From positions 1 through 51,148 of the forward strand of contig JAGOQP010000001.1 in assembly GCA_017991375.1 (NCBI GenBank): 51,148 bases of DNA, given 5' to 3'. Below are positions 1-8,459 of the stretch, piece after piece. Position 1 is the stretch's first letter. Each line of letters begins with the position of its first letter. The notes under the pieces are model-generated. The model had not been told where the DNA came from, searched no databases, and was given only the letters and a program-made list of their open reading frames with translations. A program made the translations under genes and the position numbers. Source of the DNA: Minisyncoccota bacterium (GTDB lineage: Bacteria > Patescibacteriota > Minisyncoccia > UBA6257 > JAGOQP01).

Positions 1-1
1 T

Positions 2-1078
2 CTTAACGTCTCCGAAAAAGAAATTTCTCAATCGTTGCGTTTCACGCGCGCTATACCAACGCTCTCATATCTGAGCGCGTGTGGGGCGCGCGTGGTCATT
101 CTCGCTCATCGTGGACGACCAAAGGGATCTGTGCATATCCTCAAGCCAAAACGACCTCGCGTTGGGAAAGAAGAAACGCTCAAGCCGTTTGTTTCTCATA
201 TTGCGCGGGAATTAAAAACAAAAGTTCTTTTTGATGATTCGTTTGATGTGCGCGCGATCGCTACTCGTATCCAGTCGCTTGCGCCTGGGGAAGTTCTACT
301 TTTAGAAAACATTCGTTTTTTTAAAGGAGAGGAAAAAAATAATTTCGCGCTTGCTCACGCGCTTTCTCGTTTGGGAACTCTGTATGTTAACGACGCTTTC
401 TCGGCTTCGCATCGCGCTCATGCGTCGGTGAGTGGTGTTGCTCAATTACTTCCCGCGTATGCCGGCGTTGGACTTGCGGAGGAAGTTAAAGCTCTCTCTC
501 CTTTTCTTAAAAAGACACTTTTGCAGCCAGCCATGCTTGTTCTAGGAGGTGCGAAAATGGCTGATAAAATAGGCGTACTTAAATCTTTTTTCTCTCGGGT
601 GAGTGCTATTCTTACGGGCGGTGGTGTTGCTAATACGCTCTTTGTCGCACGCGATATTCCCGTTGGGGATTCTCTGTACGACGCGCGTCTCGCGCGACGC
701 GTATCTTCTTTTTCTCTATCATCCCGTGTACGAATACCCAAAGATGTTATTATTCATGATCGTCGAATTGTTGATATTGGTCCTGCTACCGTGAATGAAT
801 ATAGTCATCTGTTAAAAAGAGCAAAGTTTATTATATGGAACGGCCCCATGGGATTATACGAAGATAAACGTTTTACGCATGGGACTTATGCGTTGTGGAA
901 AGCGATGTTAAAAAATACGCGTGCTCGTATTGTTATTGGAGGAGGAGAGACTATCGCCTCTGTTTCTCTGTTAGGGAATGTGCATATAAACAAAAACATT
1001 TTTCTTTCTACTGGTGGTGGGGCACTGCTCGAGTATTTGGCGGGAAACAATCTACCTGGGCTGAAAGTATTACGCTAA
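2..1078 (+). CDS. pgk: phosphoglycerate kinase, 5'-truncated by window edge
   Basis: The frame is open from nt 2 (LNVSEKEISQSL...), so the Met at 35 is internal. PGK blocks present: RVVILAHRGRPKG, LLLENIRFFKGEEKN, IIWNGPMGLYE, VIGGGETIA. Stop is TAA at 1076-1078. Confidence 0.9.
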   Translation, partial: LNVSEKEISQSLRFTRAIPTLSYLSACGARVVILAHRGRPKGSVHILKPKRPRVGKEETLKPFVSHIARELKTKVLFDDSFDVRAIATRIQSLAPGEVLLLENIRFFKGEEKNNFALAHALSRLGTLYVNDAFSASHRAHASVSGVAQLLPAYAGVGLAEEVKALSPFLKKTLLQPAMLVLGGAKMADKIGVLKSFFSRVSAILTGGGVANTLFVARDIPVGDSLYDARLARRVSSFSLSSRVRIPKDVIIHDRRIVDIGPATVNEYSHLLKRAKFIIWNGPMGLYEDKRFTHGTYALWKAMLKNTRARIVIGGGETIASVSLLGNVHINKNIFLSTGGGALLEYLAGNNLPGLKVLR

Positions 1079-1084
1079 CGTATT

Positions 1085-1951
1085 ATGAAACAAATAAAAG
1101 AACACATCGTGGTACTCTATCACGCCGAGTGTCGTGACGGACTGGTGGCGGCATGGGTTGCGTGGAAAAAATTTGGCAAAAAAGCGATGTACATTCCTGT
1201 TTTTTATGGTCAACCCGCTCCGAAAAACGTTACGCACAAGCATGTGTATCTAGTTGATTTTTGTTACGACAAGAAAGAATTAGCAATTCTTTTGGCGGCG
1301 AATAAAAAAGTGGTTGTGTTGGATCATCACATTACTCGGAAAGAGGAAACTCAATCTGTTGAGGGAAGTGTATTTTCCAACACGCATTCCGGCGCCTCTC
1401 TCGCCTGGAATTATTTTTTTCCTAAGACAAAGATGCCATGGTTAGTGCGTTACGTAGAGGATGCTGATTTATGGAGATGGAAAATGCCTCATAGCCGTCA
1501 CATTATCGCCGTTATTGACTCTTTGGCATATAACTTCCTGGAAGTCGATGTTCTTTTTAAAGAGCTTGAATCAGCGCGTAGACGTAAACAATTTATACCC
1601 ATCGGGGAAGGAATCGAGCGCTACAAGCAGGCGCTGGTTCATGCCGTTGTCGCAAAAGCACAAGATGCTATGTTCCAAGGGTTTCGGGCTCGAATAGCTA
1701 GCGCACCGCGCGCGGTCGGATCTGATGTCGCAAATGCGTTACATCAAAAAAGGGGAGTTCATATTGGCATCGCGTGGCGATATGAATACGGGAAATTTAT
1801 TATCTCATTGCGTTCTCGGGTGGGGAGCAAAGTTAATGTTGCCACGCTTGCCGAGCGTTATGGCGGCGGGGGTCATAAACATGCGGCGGGGTTTACTGTT
1901 GTTGGCACTGATATCGCGAAGTTGCCGTGGAGGGTAGTGAAAAGTGAGTAG
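1085..1951 (+). CDS. DHH/DHHA1-family phosphoesterase
   Basis: 288-aa ORF with a DHH motif in VVVLDHHITR and a DHHA1-type C-terminal GGGGHKHAAGF. It starts 6 nt after pgk. Confidence 0.75.
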   Translation: MKQIKEHIVVLYHAECRDGLVAAWVAWKKFGKKAMYIPVFYGQPAPKNVTHKHVYLVDFCYDKKELAILLAANKKVVVLDHHITRKEETQSVEGSVFSNTHSGASLAWNYFFPKTKMPWLVRYVEDADLWRWKMPHSRHIIAVIDSLAYNFLEVDVLFKELESARRRKQFIPIGEGIERYKQALVHAVVAKAQDAMFQGFRARIASAPRAVGSDVANALHQKRGVHIGIAWRYEYGKFIISLRSRVGSKVNVATLAERYGGGGHKHAAGFTVVGTDIAKLPWRVVKSE

Positions 1952-2106
1952 TGATTAGTGGGTAGTGGTTAGTGAAAAGCTTGCCCTGAGTGAGCGGAGC
2001 GAGTCGAAGGATGGAACGAAAGGAGAAGAGAGCGGATGATCGTTGATCTTTCATCACTAATCGTTAACCAATAGAGTGTGTCTTATTTAGTAGTGCTATA
2101 TGTTCT

Positions 2107-2556
2107 ATGAAAAAACAATCAACGCATAAACATATTATTGTGTATACCGATGGGGGGTCGCGAGGGAATCCGGGACAAGCCGCGCTCGGGGTGTTTGTGG
2201 AAACACTCGGAAAGCGGTACGCAGAGGTTATCGGTGTGGCGACAAATAATATCGCAGAATACGCGGCCATCATCTTTGCGCTCAAAAAATGCAAACAACT
2301 TCTGGGATCAGATATCGCGCTCAAGTCAACTGTTGAAATTCGTTCGGATAGTCAACTAGTGGTGAGTCAATTAAGTGGTGTTTTTAAGTTAAAAGAAAAA
2401 GAACTTTTTGAGTCATTTATCGCGGTGTGGAACTTAAAACAAGAATTTGAATCTGTTTCGTTTGTGCATATTCCGCGAGAAAAAAATACTATTGCTGACG
2501 GACTGGTGAATCAAGCGCTTGATGAACGGGAACAGCATTCACGGACGTTATTCTAA
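2107..2556 (+). CDS. rnhA: ribonuclease H (type 1) family protein
   Basis: 149 aa with RNase H catalytic blocks VYTDGGSRGNPG, NNIAEYAA, RSDSQLVV and NTIADGLVN. Confidence 0.8.
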   Translation: MKKQSTHKHIIVYTDGGSRGNPGQAALGVFVETLGKRYAEVIGVATNNIAEYAAIIFALKKCKQLLGSDIALKSTVEIRSDSQLVVSQLSGVFKLKEKELFESFIAVWNLKQEFESVSFVHIPREKNTIADGLVNQALDEREQHSRTLF

Positions 2557-2690
2557 TTTTCAACGTAATATAAAAGATCGACCGAGGAGGTCTTACAACA
2601 TTCCAATATTCTTAAGAATGTTGGAATATCGTGGGGGAGAGTAGTAGGTAAAACGAGGAGGATGCTTACTCAACAAGAGTACGTTGAGGA

Positions 2691-2718
2691 TTGACCAGAT
2701 ATCTTTTTTATGTATAAT
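2691..2718 (+). promoter_or_regulatory. sigma70-like promoter of rnpB
   Basis: TTGACC (2691-2696), 16-nt spacer, TATAAT (2713-2718), about 7 nt upstream of the P1 helix of the RNase P RNA. Confidence 0.7.
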
Positions 2719-2725
2719 AGAAACT

Positions 2726-3141
2726 GGTGCGCTGGCAGCTACTGTGCTCTTTTTGAGTACAGAGGAAATTCCGGACATCCCACAATACGTTTTTGCGTGT
2801 TGTGCGACGCGTAGCGGTTAACGGCCGTCGGGCGTAAGCCTCGAGGTGCGAACAGAGACGTCTTAACGCGAAAGCGTTAAGGTATCCCGCAAGGGATAAT
2901 TCTTCGATATAAGTCAGAGTTTTTTTGACACAAGTCAAAGACCCCCTCGATTTTCTTAAAAGAAGTCGAAGGGTTTACCCTGGGCGAAGTCGAAGGGTGA
3001 AACGGCTAAATCCTTACGTGGATGCAAGACCGTACCTACTTTTAGTGGGGGAGTCGCAAGGCCATTTGGCTCGAGCGTATGAGTAATTATACGCACAGAT
3101 AAATTGCTGCCGTAGTACAGAATCCGGATTATAGCGCGCCG
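2726..3141 (+). ncRNA. rnpB: RNase P RNA, bacterial type A
   Basis: Universal blocks are recognisable. AGAGGAAATTCCGGAC matches the P4 5' strand (cf. GAGGAAAGUCCGGGC). ACAGAATCCGGATTAT matches the P4 3' strand (cf. ACAGAACCCGGCUUAU). GTGCGAACAGAGAC, AAGGGTGAAACGG and AGATAAATTGCTGCC are also present. P1 pairs GGTGCGCT (2726-2733) with AGCGCGCC (3133-3140). No ORF; own promoter and terminator. Ends are +/-5 nt. Confidence 0.9.
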
Positions 3142-3155
3142 CATAATATCAAAAA

Positions 3156-3183
3156 GTGCTTCGAGTATGTCGAGGCACTTTTT
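3156..3183 (+). terminator. intrinsic terminator of rnpB
   Basis: 9-bp stem GTGCTTCGA / TCGAGGCAC (one G-U pair), 5-nt loop, then TTTTT. Confidence 0.75.
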
Positions 3184-3220
3184 GTTGCATATTTCACTAA
3201 CGATTATATCCTCACTCTCG

Positions 3221-3331
3221 GTTAAGGATTAATGATAAAAGATGAATGGTAAACGAGTTATATGTGGAACGATAAACGTTGAATGGACAACGAGATGTGA
3301 TTAACGATTAAAGATAAAAGATTAATGATTA
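3221..3331. repeat. C-poor, stop-dense low-complexity spacer (TTAATGATTAA family)
   Basis: The tract reads ggattaatgataaaagatgaatggtaaa...gattaacgattaaagataaaagattaatgatta. It is almost devoid of C on the + strand and lies between the rnpB terminator and the 3' end of the minus-strand gene. Confidence 0.7.
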
Positions 3332-3343
3332 CCCGCTTGTCTC

Positions 3344-3958
3344 TTACGGTTGTGGCGGTTGTGGTTTATTTAATCTCCGCAAAAGATCAACCTCAGCCTC
3401 AACTCCGGAACGCGCGAGCATAATTGTATGAATATCTCGCGCGACAGTTTTATCTAAAAACGGGAGTGTAATAATCGTCCTATCGGCTGAGGTGATAATA
3501 TCTTGTTCCTCTCCAATGATGTTTATAATAACGGTGCTAATACCCCACAGCTGATCAATAATCGTTCGGTTTACTTTTATATCTTGAATACGACGATACG
3601 GCGACCCAATTTCGTTAATGGTTAAAACGCCGCGGCGCACATGAAAACTTGTTGGGGCAAGTAACACGCTGTATTTGGTGTATTCAAGTAGTCCGATAAT
3701 ACACACGAGTATAAAAAGAAAAAGCCAAATAGCAAATAATGGACCAAGCAATATATTTACCACACTAACTATTTCTTGAGGCAGATATGGTTCGATAGCA
3801 CTCAAAATAATTCCTAAAAACAAAAGTCCCAAAAGAGGCCCTGAACGGGACAGAATCATGAGTAATAACGTTTTGTTTCCCATTCGCTTGTAGTGAATAG
3901 TGGGGATCTCCTTTTTGTGAGGTTTTTGTGGATCTGGCATAGTATCTTTAGTATACAC
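3344..3958 (-). CDS. membrane protein with bacterial PH (bPH_2, YdbS/YdbT-like) domain
   Basis: 204 aa. Two N-terminal TM helices are followed by the block FHVRRGVLTINEIGSPYRRIQDIKVNRTIIDQLWGISTVIINI, typical of bPH_2. Confidence 0.7.
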   Translation of the reverse strand: MYTKDTMPDPQKPHKKEIPTIHYKRMGNKTLLLMILSRSGPLLGLLFLGIILSAIEPYLPQEIVSVVNILLGPLFAIWLFLFILVCIIGLLEYTKYSVLLAPTSFHVRRGVLTINEIGSPYRRIQDIKVNRTIIDQLWGISTVIINIIGEEQDIITSADRTIITLPFLDKTVARDIHTIMLARSGVEAEVDLLRRLNKPQPPQP

Positions 3959-4034
3959 AACTCTTTTTGTTTGAGCGAGAGCCCTTTTTTACCCCTATTG
4001 AATTGCCTACTTGCTTTGTCTATGATGAGCTCAT

Positions 4035-5402
4035 ATGAAAAAGAACTACAAAAAATCGCTTGGGATTATCGTTCTTTTAGCGATTGTTTTTAGCACTTTA
4101 TTAGGGGCAAAAATGCTCTACGCTCAGTATTATGGAGCTCCTGTTGTTCAAACGCGATCGGCGAGTGATGTTATGGGAATGCAGGCAACGCTCAATGGAA
4201 CGGTTAACCCGAATAACTACGAAACAACGTATTGGTTTGAATATGGGACCGATGGCTCCCTTAATAATCGTACGGGAGGGAAAATTATCTCAAGCACAAG
4301 CTACGATGTTTCGGTGGATGCTTTCTTGAGTGGCTTATATCAAAATACCACATACTCGTTTCGGCTTGTCGCTCAAAACACACAAGGAACTCAATACGGA
4401 AGCGTTTTGACATTTGTAACGGGATCAACGTCTGGCTCTACGGTGATTACTTATTCGGCAACCGATGTTGGATCAAACAACGCAACGCTCTGGGGGTACT
4501 CGAGAGTTACTGGGTCAGGAGCAGGTGGATGGTTTGAATATGGAACGTCAGCATATTCGTTCCCCTATTCTACCTCGCAGTCATCGTTATATAATTGGCA
4601 GTCACAACGCTTTTCACAATCAATCACCAACTTATCATCGGGGACTACGTATTACTTTCGAGCAGTTGTTCGTGACGGAAGCTCTGTTTCGTATGGGCAG
4701 ACACTTTCATTTACCACACAAGGATATGGCGGGTATGTAACGCCGTACTACACACAGCAGTACGCTTATTCGCCAACGTATGTTGATACGTCTTTCTATT
4801 CATACACCACTCCGAGTGATACTACCTATTTAGGGGATGACGGTAACGTGTGGACGTTGCCGATGCAGTTTGTTTCAGATACGTCTGTAACATTGCGCGG
4901 AAGCGTTGATCCATCGGGATATCAAACAACAGTATGGTTTGAATATGGGCAGTCACGCACTCCATCGTGGTCATCTGAGCGGCGCGTTTTAGGCGCGTAT
5001 TCTGGCTCTAGTGTCTTTTCTATTGATGTACAAGGACTCTCTCCCGGGGTAACTTATTACTATCGGGCCGTTTCTCAAAATGCTCAAGGAACATTTCATG
5101 GCGCGTTGCGAGGCTTTCGTATTGATGGTGGATATGTGGCGCCGGTAAGTTATTCATACCAACCAGTCGCGCAACAACCTGTATGGTATGGTACCACGGG
5201 GTATGCGCCCTATAACGCGTATGCATCTATGTATCCAATCTACTCTGCTTCGAATGTATGGTATAACACGCCCGGGTCGGCCCTTTCAGCGTCAGTTGTT
5301 GATACTGTCTCCAAAGCAGGGATAACCACCTGGCAACTGGTAGCCATTATCGCCGCGTTATTTGTCCTTCTTGGATTTGTCCTAGTGGCGGCAGTGAGAT
5401 AG
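4035..5402 (+). CDS. secreted, C-terminally membrane-anchored repeat protein (3 x WFEYG modules)
   Basis: Signal peptide MKKNYKKSLGIIVLLAIVFSTLLGAKMLYA. Three about 100-aa modules share ATL.G.VNP..Y.TT.WFEYG...TTYY.RAV. C-terminal TM helix WQLVAIIAALFVLLGFVLVAAV. Confidence 0.75.
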   Translation: MKKNYKKSLGIIVLLAIVFSTLLGAKMLYAQYYGAPVVQTRSASDVMGMQATLNGTVNPNNYETTYWFEYGTDGSLNNRTGGKIISSTSYDVSVDAFLSGLYQNTTYSFRLVAQNTQGTQYGSVLTFVTGSTSGSTVITYSATDVGSNNATLWGYSRVTGSGAGGWFEYGTSAYSFPYSTSQSSLYNWQSQRFSQSITNLSSGTTYYFRAVVRDGSSVSYGQTLSFTTQGYGGYVTPYYTQQYAYSPTYVDTSFYSYTTPSDTTYLGDDGNVWTLPMQFVSDTSVTLRGSVDPSGYQTTVWFEYGQSRTPSWSSERRVLGAYSGSSVFSIDVQGLSPGVTYYYRAVSQNAQGTFHGALRGFRIDGGYVAPVSYSYQPVAQQPVWYGTTGYAPYNAYASMYPIYSASNVWYNTPGSALSASVVDTVSKAGITTWQLVAIIAALFVLLGFVLVAAVR

Positions 5403-5541
5403 AAAAGGCCACTACTCTTATGATTATATAGTATTGACATATCTTTATAGATACTGTATCATTCACGCCATATAACCGCTATGTCTAAAAACATCTCCGT
5501 CCAGTGTTTTTAGAAAATATATAATTTTTTTCTTTGTTTGT

Positions 5542-7005
5542 ATGAATAAAGAGCGTATTTTCAGGAACATACATATTTTCCTGGTTATAGCACTTTTGTC
5601 TGTGGTTGTTTTTAATGGCGCCTTGGGGGTTGTTTTCGCAACGGTTGTTTTAGACACCACTCCGCCGGTGCTCAATCTACCCTCTGATATGTGGGTCAGC
5701 GCACCAGGTCCTAGTGGAGCGATCGTTTCTTTCTCCGCGACGGCTACCGATACAGATCCAACTAATCCAACAGTGACTTGTACACCAGCATCGGGTTCGG
5801 TGTTTCCTCTTGGGTCTACCACTGTTTCTTGTTCCGCTACCGATACAGCCGGAAACACCGCAACGGGAAGTTTTGTTGTTTCTGTCGGTGGGGCAAAAAT
5901 TACCAGTGAACGTGTGACTTTGAATGGTACCAGTACAGTCACGGTCAAGGGAGGTGATACTGTTACCGCTACTATGGTCAATACCAGTGTCATGTCGGGT
6001 GAGTGGATGTCAACCAGCTATCAGATAGGAGGGGGTGAATTTCGTGTTGATACTCCAAATCATGGAGTCGGGGTTGGCTACACCGAATCATTTCCAATTA
6101 CCGCGCCTATAGCAGAAGGAGTTTATACGGTTATGTTCGGTTTTTGTGATACAGAAGGTTGTTTGGGCGATCCTATCATCCAAAGTGGATTGCCGGGTGG
6201 TTTAATTGTAGACAACACTCCTCCAGTGTTGAGTTTACCAGCTGACACTTTTGCTAGTGCTTCTGGGCCAAGCGGAATCGCCGTTTCTTTCTCCGCGACG
6301 GCTACCGATACAGATCCAACTAATCCAACAGTGACTTGTACACCAGCATCGGGTTCGGTGTTTCCTCTTGGGTCTACCACTGTTTCTTGTTCCGCTACCG
6401 ATACAGCCGGAAACACCGCAACGGGAAGTTTTGTTGTTTCTGTCGGTGGGGCAAAAATTACCAGTGAACGTGTGACTTTGAATGGTACCAGTACAGTCAC
6501 GGTCAAGGGAGGTGATACTGTTACCGCTACTATGGTCAATACCAGTGTCATGTCGGGTGAGTGGATGTCAACCAGCTATCAGATAGGAGAAGGTAGTGTT
6601 GTTTGTGTTGATACGCCCAATCATGGTGTTGGTACTAATTACACAGAATCGTTTCCTATTGTCGCCCCTCTTGCAGAGGGAGCATATACTGTTATGTTTG
6701 GTTTCTTCAGTGAAGAAAATTGCTCAGGTGATCCCGCGATACGTAGCGGGCTTCCTAACGGGTTGGTGGTGGACACCACTCCCTCTCCTGCTTTCTCTAT
6801 ACTTGGTGGGTCTGGAGGTGGAAGCACAGAATCAGCGGTGTATAGGATTGGCGATATTAACAAAGACCGTCAAGTTAATTTACTCGATCTCGTGCTCATG
6901 ATGGCAAATTGGGGGAAAACCGGATACAACGAGTGTGATCTCAATCGTGATGGAATCGTCGATAAATACGATTTTGCGTTGCTCATGCTTAATTGGGGAC
7001 TCTAA
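5542..7005 (+). CDS. secreted protein with two HYR-type modules and a C-terminal dockerin-like domain
   Basis: N-terminal signal anchor. The HYR-like block TPPVL.LP.D...A.GPSG..VSFSATATDTDPTNPTVTCTPASGSVFPLGSTTVSCSATDTAGNTATGSFVVSV occurs twice. The C-terminus GDINKDRQVNLLDLVLMM...CDLNRDGIVDKYDFALLML is the two-segment dockerin signature. Confidence 0.8.
   Translation: MNKERIFRNIHIFLVIALLSVVVFNGALGVVFATVVLDTTPPVLNLPSDMWVSAPGPSGAIVSFSATATDTDPTNPTVTCTPASGSVFPLGSTTVSCSATDTAGNTATGSFVVSVGGAKITSERVTLNGTSTVTVKGGDTVTATMVNTSVMSGEWMSTSYQIGGGEFRVDTPNHGVGVGYTESFPITAPIAEGVYTVMFGFCDTEGCLGDPIIQSGLPGGLIVDNTPPVLSLPADTFASASGPSGIAVSFSATATDTDPTNPTVTCTPASGSVFPLGSTTVSCSATDTAGNTATGSFVVSVGGAKITSERVTLNGTSTVTVKGGDTVTATMVNTSVMSGEWMSTSYQIGEGSVVCVDTPNHGVGTNYTESFPIVAPLAEGAYTVMFGFFSEENCSGDPAIRSGLPNGLVVDTTPSPAFSILGGSGGGSTESAVYRIGDINKDRQVNLLDLVLMMANWGKTGYNECDLNRDGIVDKYDFALLMLNWGL
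5724..6031 (+). repeat. 308-bp perfect direct repeat, copy 1 (inside the HYR/dockerin CDS)
   Basis: Identical base-for-base to 6282-6589. The offset is 558 nt, which is 186 codons. Confidence 0.95.
6282..6589 (+). repeat. 308-bp perfect direct repeat, copy 2
   Basis: Identical to 5724-6031. Flanking bases differ: t5723 vs c6281, and g6032 vs a6590. Confidence 0.95.
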
Positions 7006-7020
7006 TACTTACTCAAATAT

Positions 7021-7776
7021 ATGAAAAAAAATTATTGCGCACAGATAGTAATGTCGTTATTTATCACAGTGCTTCTAGTCGGTGGGGTAAGTGGTGTTAC
7101 CTATGCAGTCCAACCAACACTTTCTGTTTCTCCAACAGGAGGGAACAAAACACAAGGAGCAAGTTTTCAATCCTCAGTTAATCTCAATGGTGCGGGAGGA
7201 AAAATATGCGCGGTCGAGGGAACAGTGGTGTTTGACAATCTTTCATGCCGAAGTATTACAGCGGTAGCTGATGATGTTATGGTTCAGTCATCACCAACGT
7301 GCGCAAGACCACATTTTCTCGTTGGTATTCCTAACTGCACTACGTCGGGGAAATTGCTTTTTAATGTGGTAGTTAACGCTCCAACGATAGGTTCTGCGGC
7401 GATTAGACTGAATGATGTTGATGTGGTTGGCGAGGGGGTATCACTCTCTCCAGAGGTAACAGGAGCCTCTTATACCATTGTTGCTGCTCCACAGGGGTCA
7501 GTTCCTGCCACCACCACCGAAGAACAAGAGATTCCGTTTGAGGTTCAAGTGGAACAACCCACCTCAAGTCCTGCGGCTACTGTTATAAATGAAGAGCCAA
7601 ATCTTCTCTTGGCATCTATCGGTAGCTTGATTACTCTAAAAACGGGAAACAATATCGTAGGAATCATCGTTTTGTTTGTTATCTGTTTCGTAGTGTATCT
7701 GCTCATAACTTACTTTTTGAGAAAAAAGTCAAAAAAGGAGAATGGTAGCCGGATAAATCAAAACACACGGTGGTAA
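7021..7776 (+). CDS. membrane-anchored surface protein with cohesin-like domain
   Basis: Signal peptide, then an all-beta segment (FQSSVNLNGAGGKICAVEGTVVFDN...GKLLFNVVVNAPTIGSAAIRLNDVDV). This is followed by a T/P/E-rich linker and a C-terminal TM helix plus basic tail (IVGIIVLFVICFVVYLLITYFLRKKSKK). It starts 16 nt after the dockerin gene. Confidence 0.6.
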   Translation: MKKNYCAQIVMSLFITVLLVGGVSGVTYAVQPTLSVSPTGGNKTQGASFQSSVNLNGAGGKICAVEGTVVFDNLSCRSITAVADDVMVQSSPTCARPHFLVGIPNCTTSGKLLFNVVVNAPTIGSAAIRLNDVDVVGEGVSLSPEVTGASYTIVAAPQGSVPATTTEEQEIPFEVQVEQPTSSPAATVINEEPNLLLASIGSLITLKTGNNIVGIIVLFVICFVVYLLITYFLRKKSKKENGSRINQNTRW

Positions 7777-7878
7777 GGTAGTATATGAAAACATAAAAAC
7801 ACCCTCGATAGCACGTCGGGGGTGTTTGACTTATATTTACTATATGTTATAATAGAGTACGCAAAGGAGGATAGAACA

Positions 7879-8352
7879 TTGAAAGAAAAAGTAGGTATCA
7901 TCGCTTTTTCGTGGGGGTTTGGAGGTAGGGTTGACCCATGCAATGAGCGGCTTGCTCGTGCCGCTCAGAGAGCTGTATGGCTTCTCTCCGAGCACGGGTA
8001 TATTCCCATAGTTGTGGCTCAAATTGAGGTTTCTCAATATCTTTCTGACGTTGAACACGTTGTGAGGCAGTCAATAAACACTGGTGCATATCTTGGCACA
8101 GAAGAGGTGGCCTACCAAGCGGCCGATGTGTTCGTTCGCCACGGGGTTCGGCGTGTCGTAGTCATCGCAAATCCATTTCTGCATCTGCGCAAGTGCATGC
8201 GCTTGATGCGGGCAATGAATTTTGAAGTCATCCCATTCACAGTGGGGCGTATCGGGTTTAACTCGTATGATCGACAGTGGTTTCCTCGCGGGCCACTACG
8301 GACAATCGCATACGCGATTGCCCAGAAGTTCTTTGGCTTGCATGGTGCGTGA
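7879..8352 (+). CDS. hypothetical protein (possibly DUF218/YdcF-like)
   Basis: The TTG start at 7879 lies 8 nt after AAGGAGG. Promoter TTGACT (7826-7831), 16 nt, TATAAT (7848-7853). Followed by two hairpins (8340-8370; 8376-8390 plus T6). The fold assignment is weak. Confidence 0.6.
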   Translation: MKEKVGIIAFSWGFGGRVDPCNERLARAAQRAVWLLSEHGYIPIVVAQIEVSQYLSDVEHVVRQSINTGAYLGTEEVAYQAADVFVRHGVRRVVVIANPFLHLRKCMRLMRAMNFEVIPFTVGRIGFNSYDRQWFPRGPLRTIAYAIAQKFFGLHGA

Positions 8353-8459
8353 TAACCTCACGCACCATGCAGTAGTCCCCTAGCAGGGGATTTTTTGATT
8401 ATTATTATTGACTTATATTTATTATTGTGTTAGTATAAAAGACAGAAAGGAGTAAAAAG

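Noticed and set aside
5463-6551. Minus-strand ORFs 5463..5993 and 6123..6551, which have identical N-terminal halves.
   Set aside because: They are antisense shadows of the HYR/dockerin gene. Their identity simply mirrors the 308-bp repeat.
5724-6589. Diversity-generating retroelement (template/variable repeat) as the explanation for the 308-bp repeat or the adhesin paralogues.
   Set aside because: The repeat has no mismatches at all, whereas a DGR predicts adenine-specific differences. The paralogue differences are not A-specific, and no reverse transcriptase is in the window.
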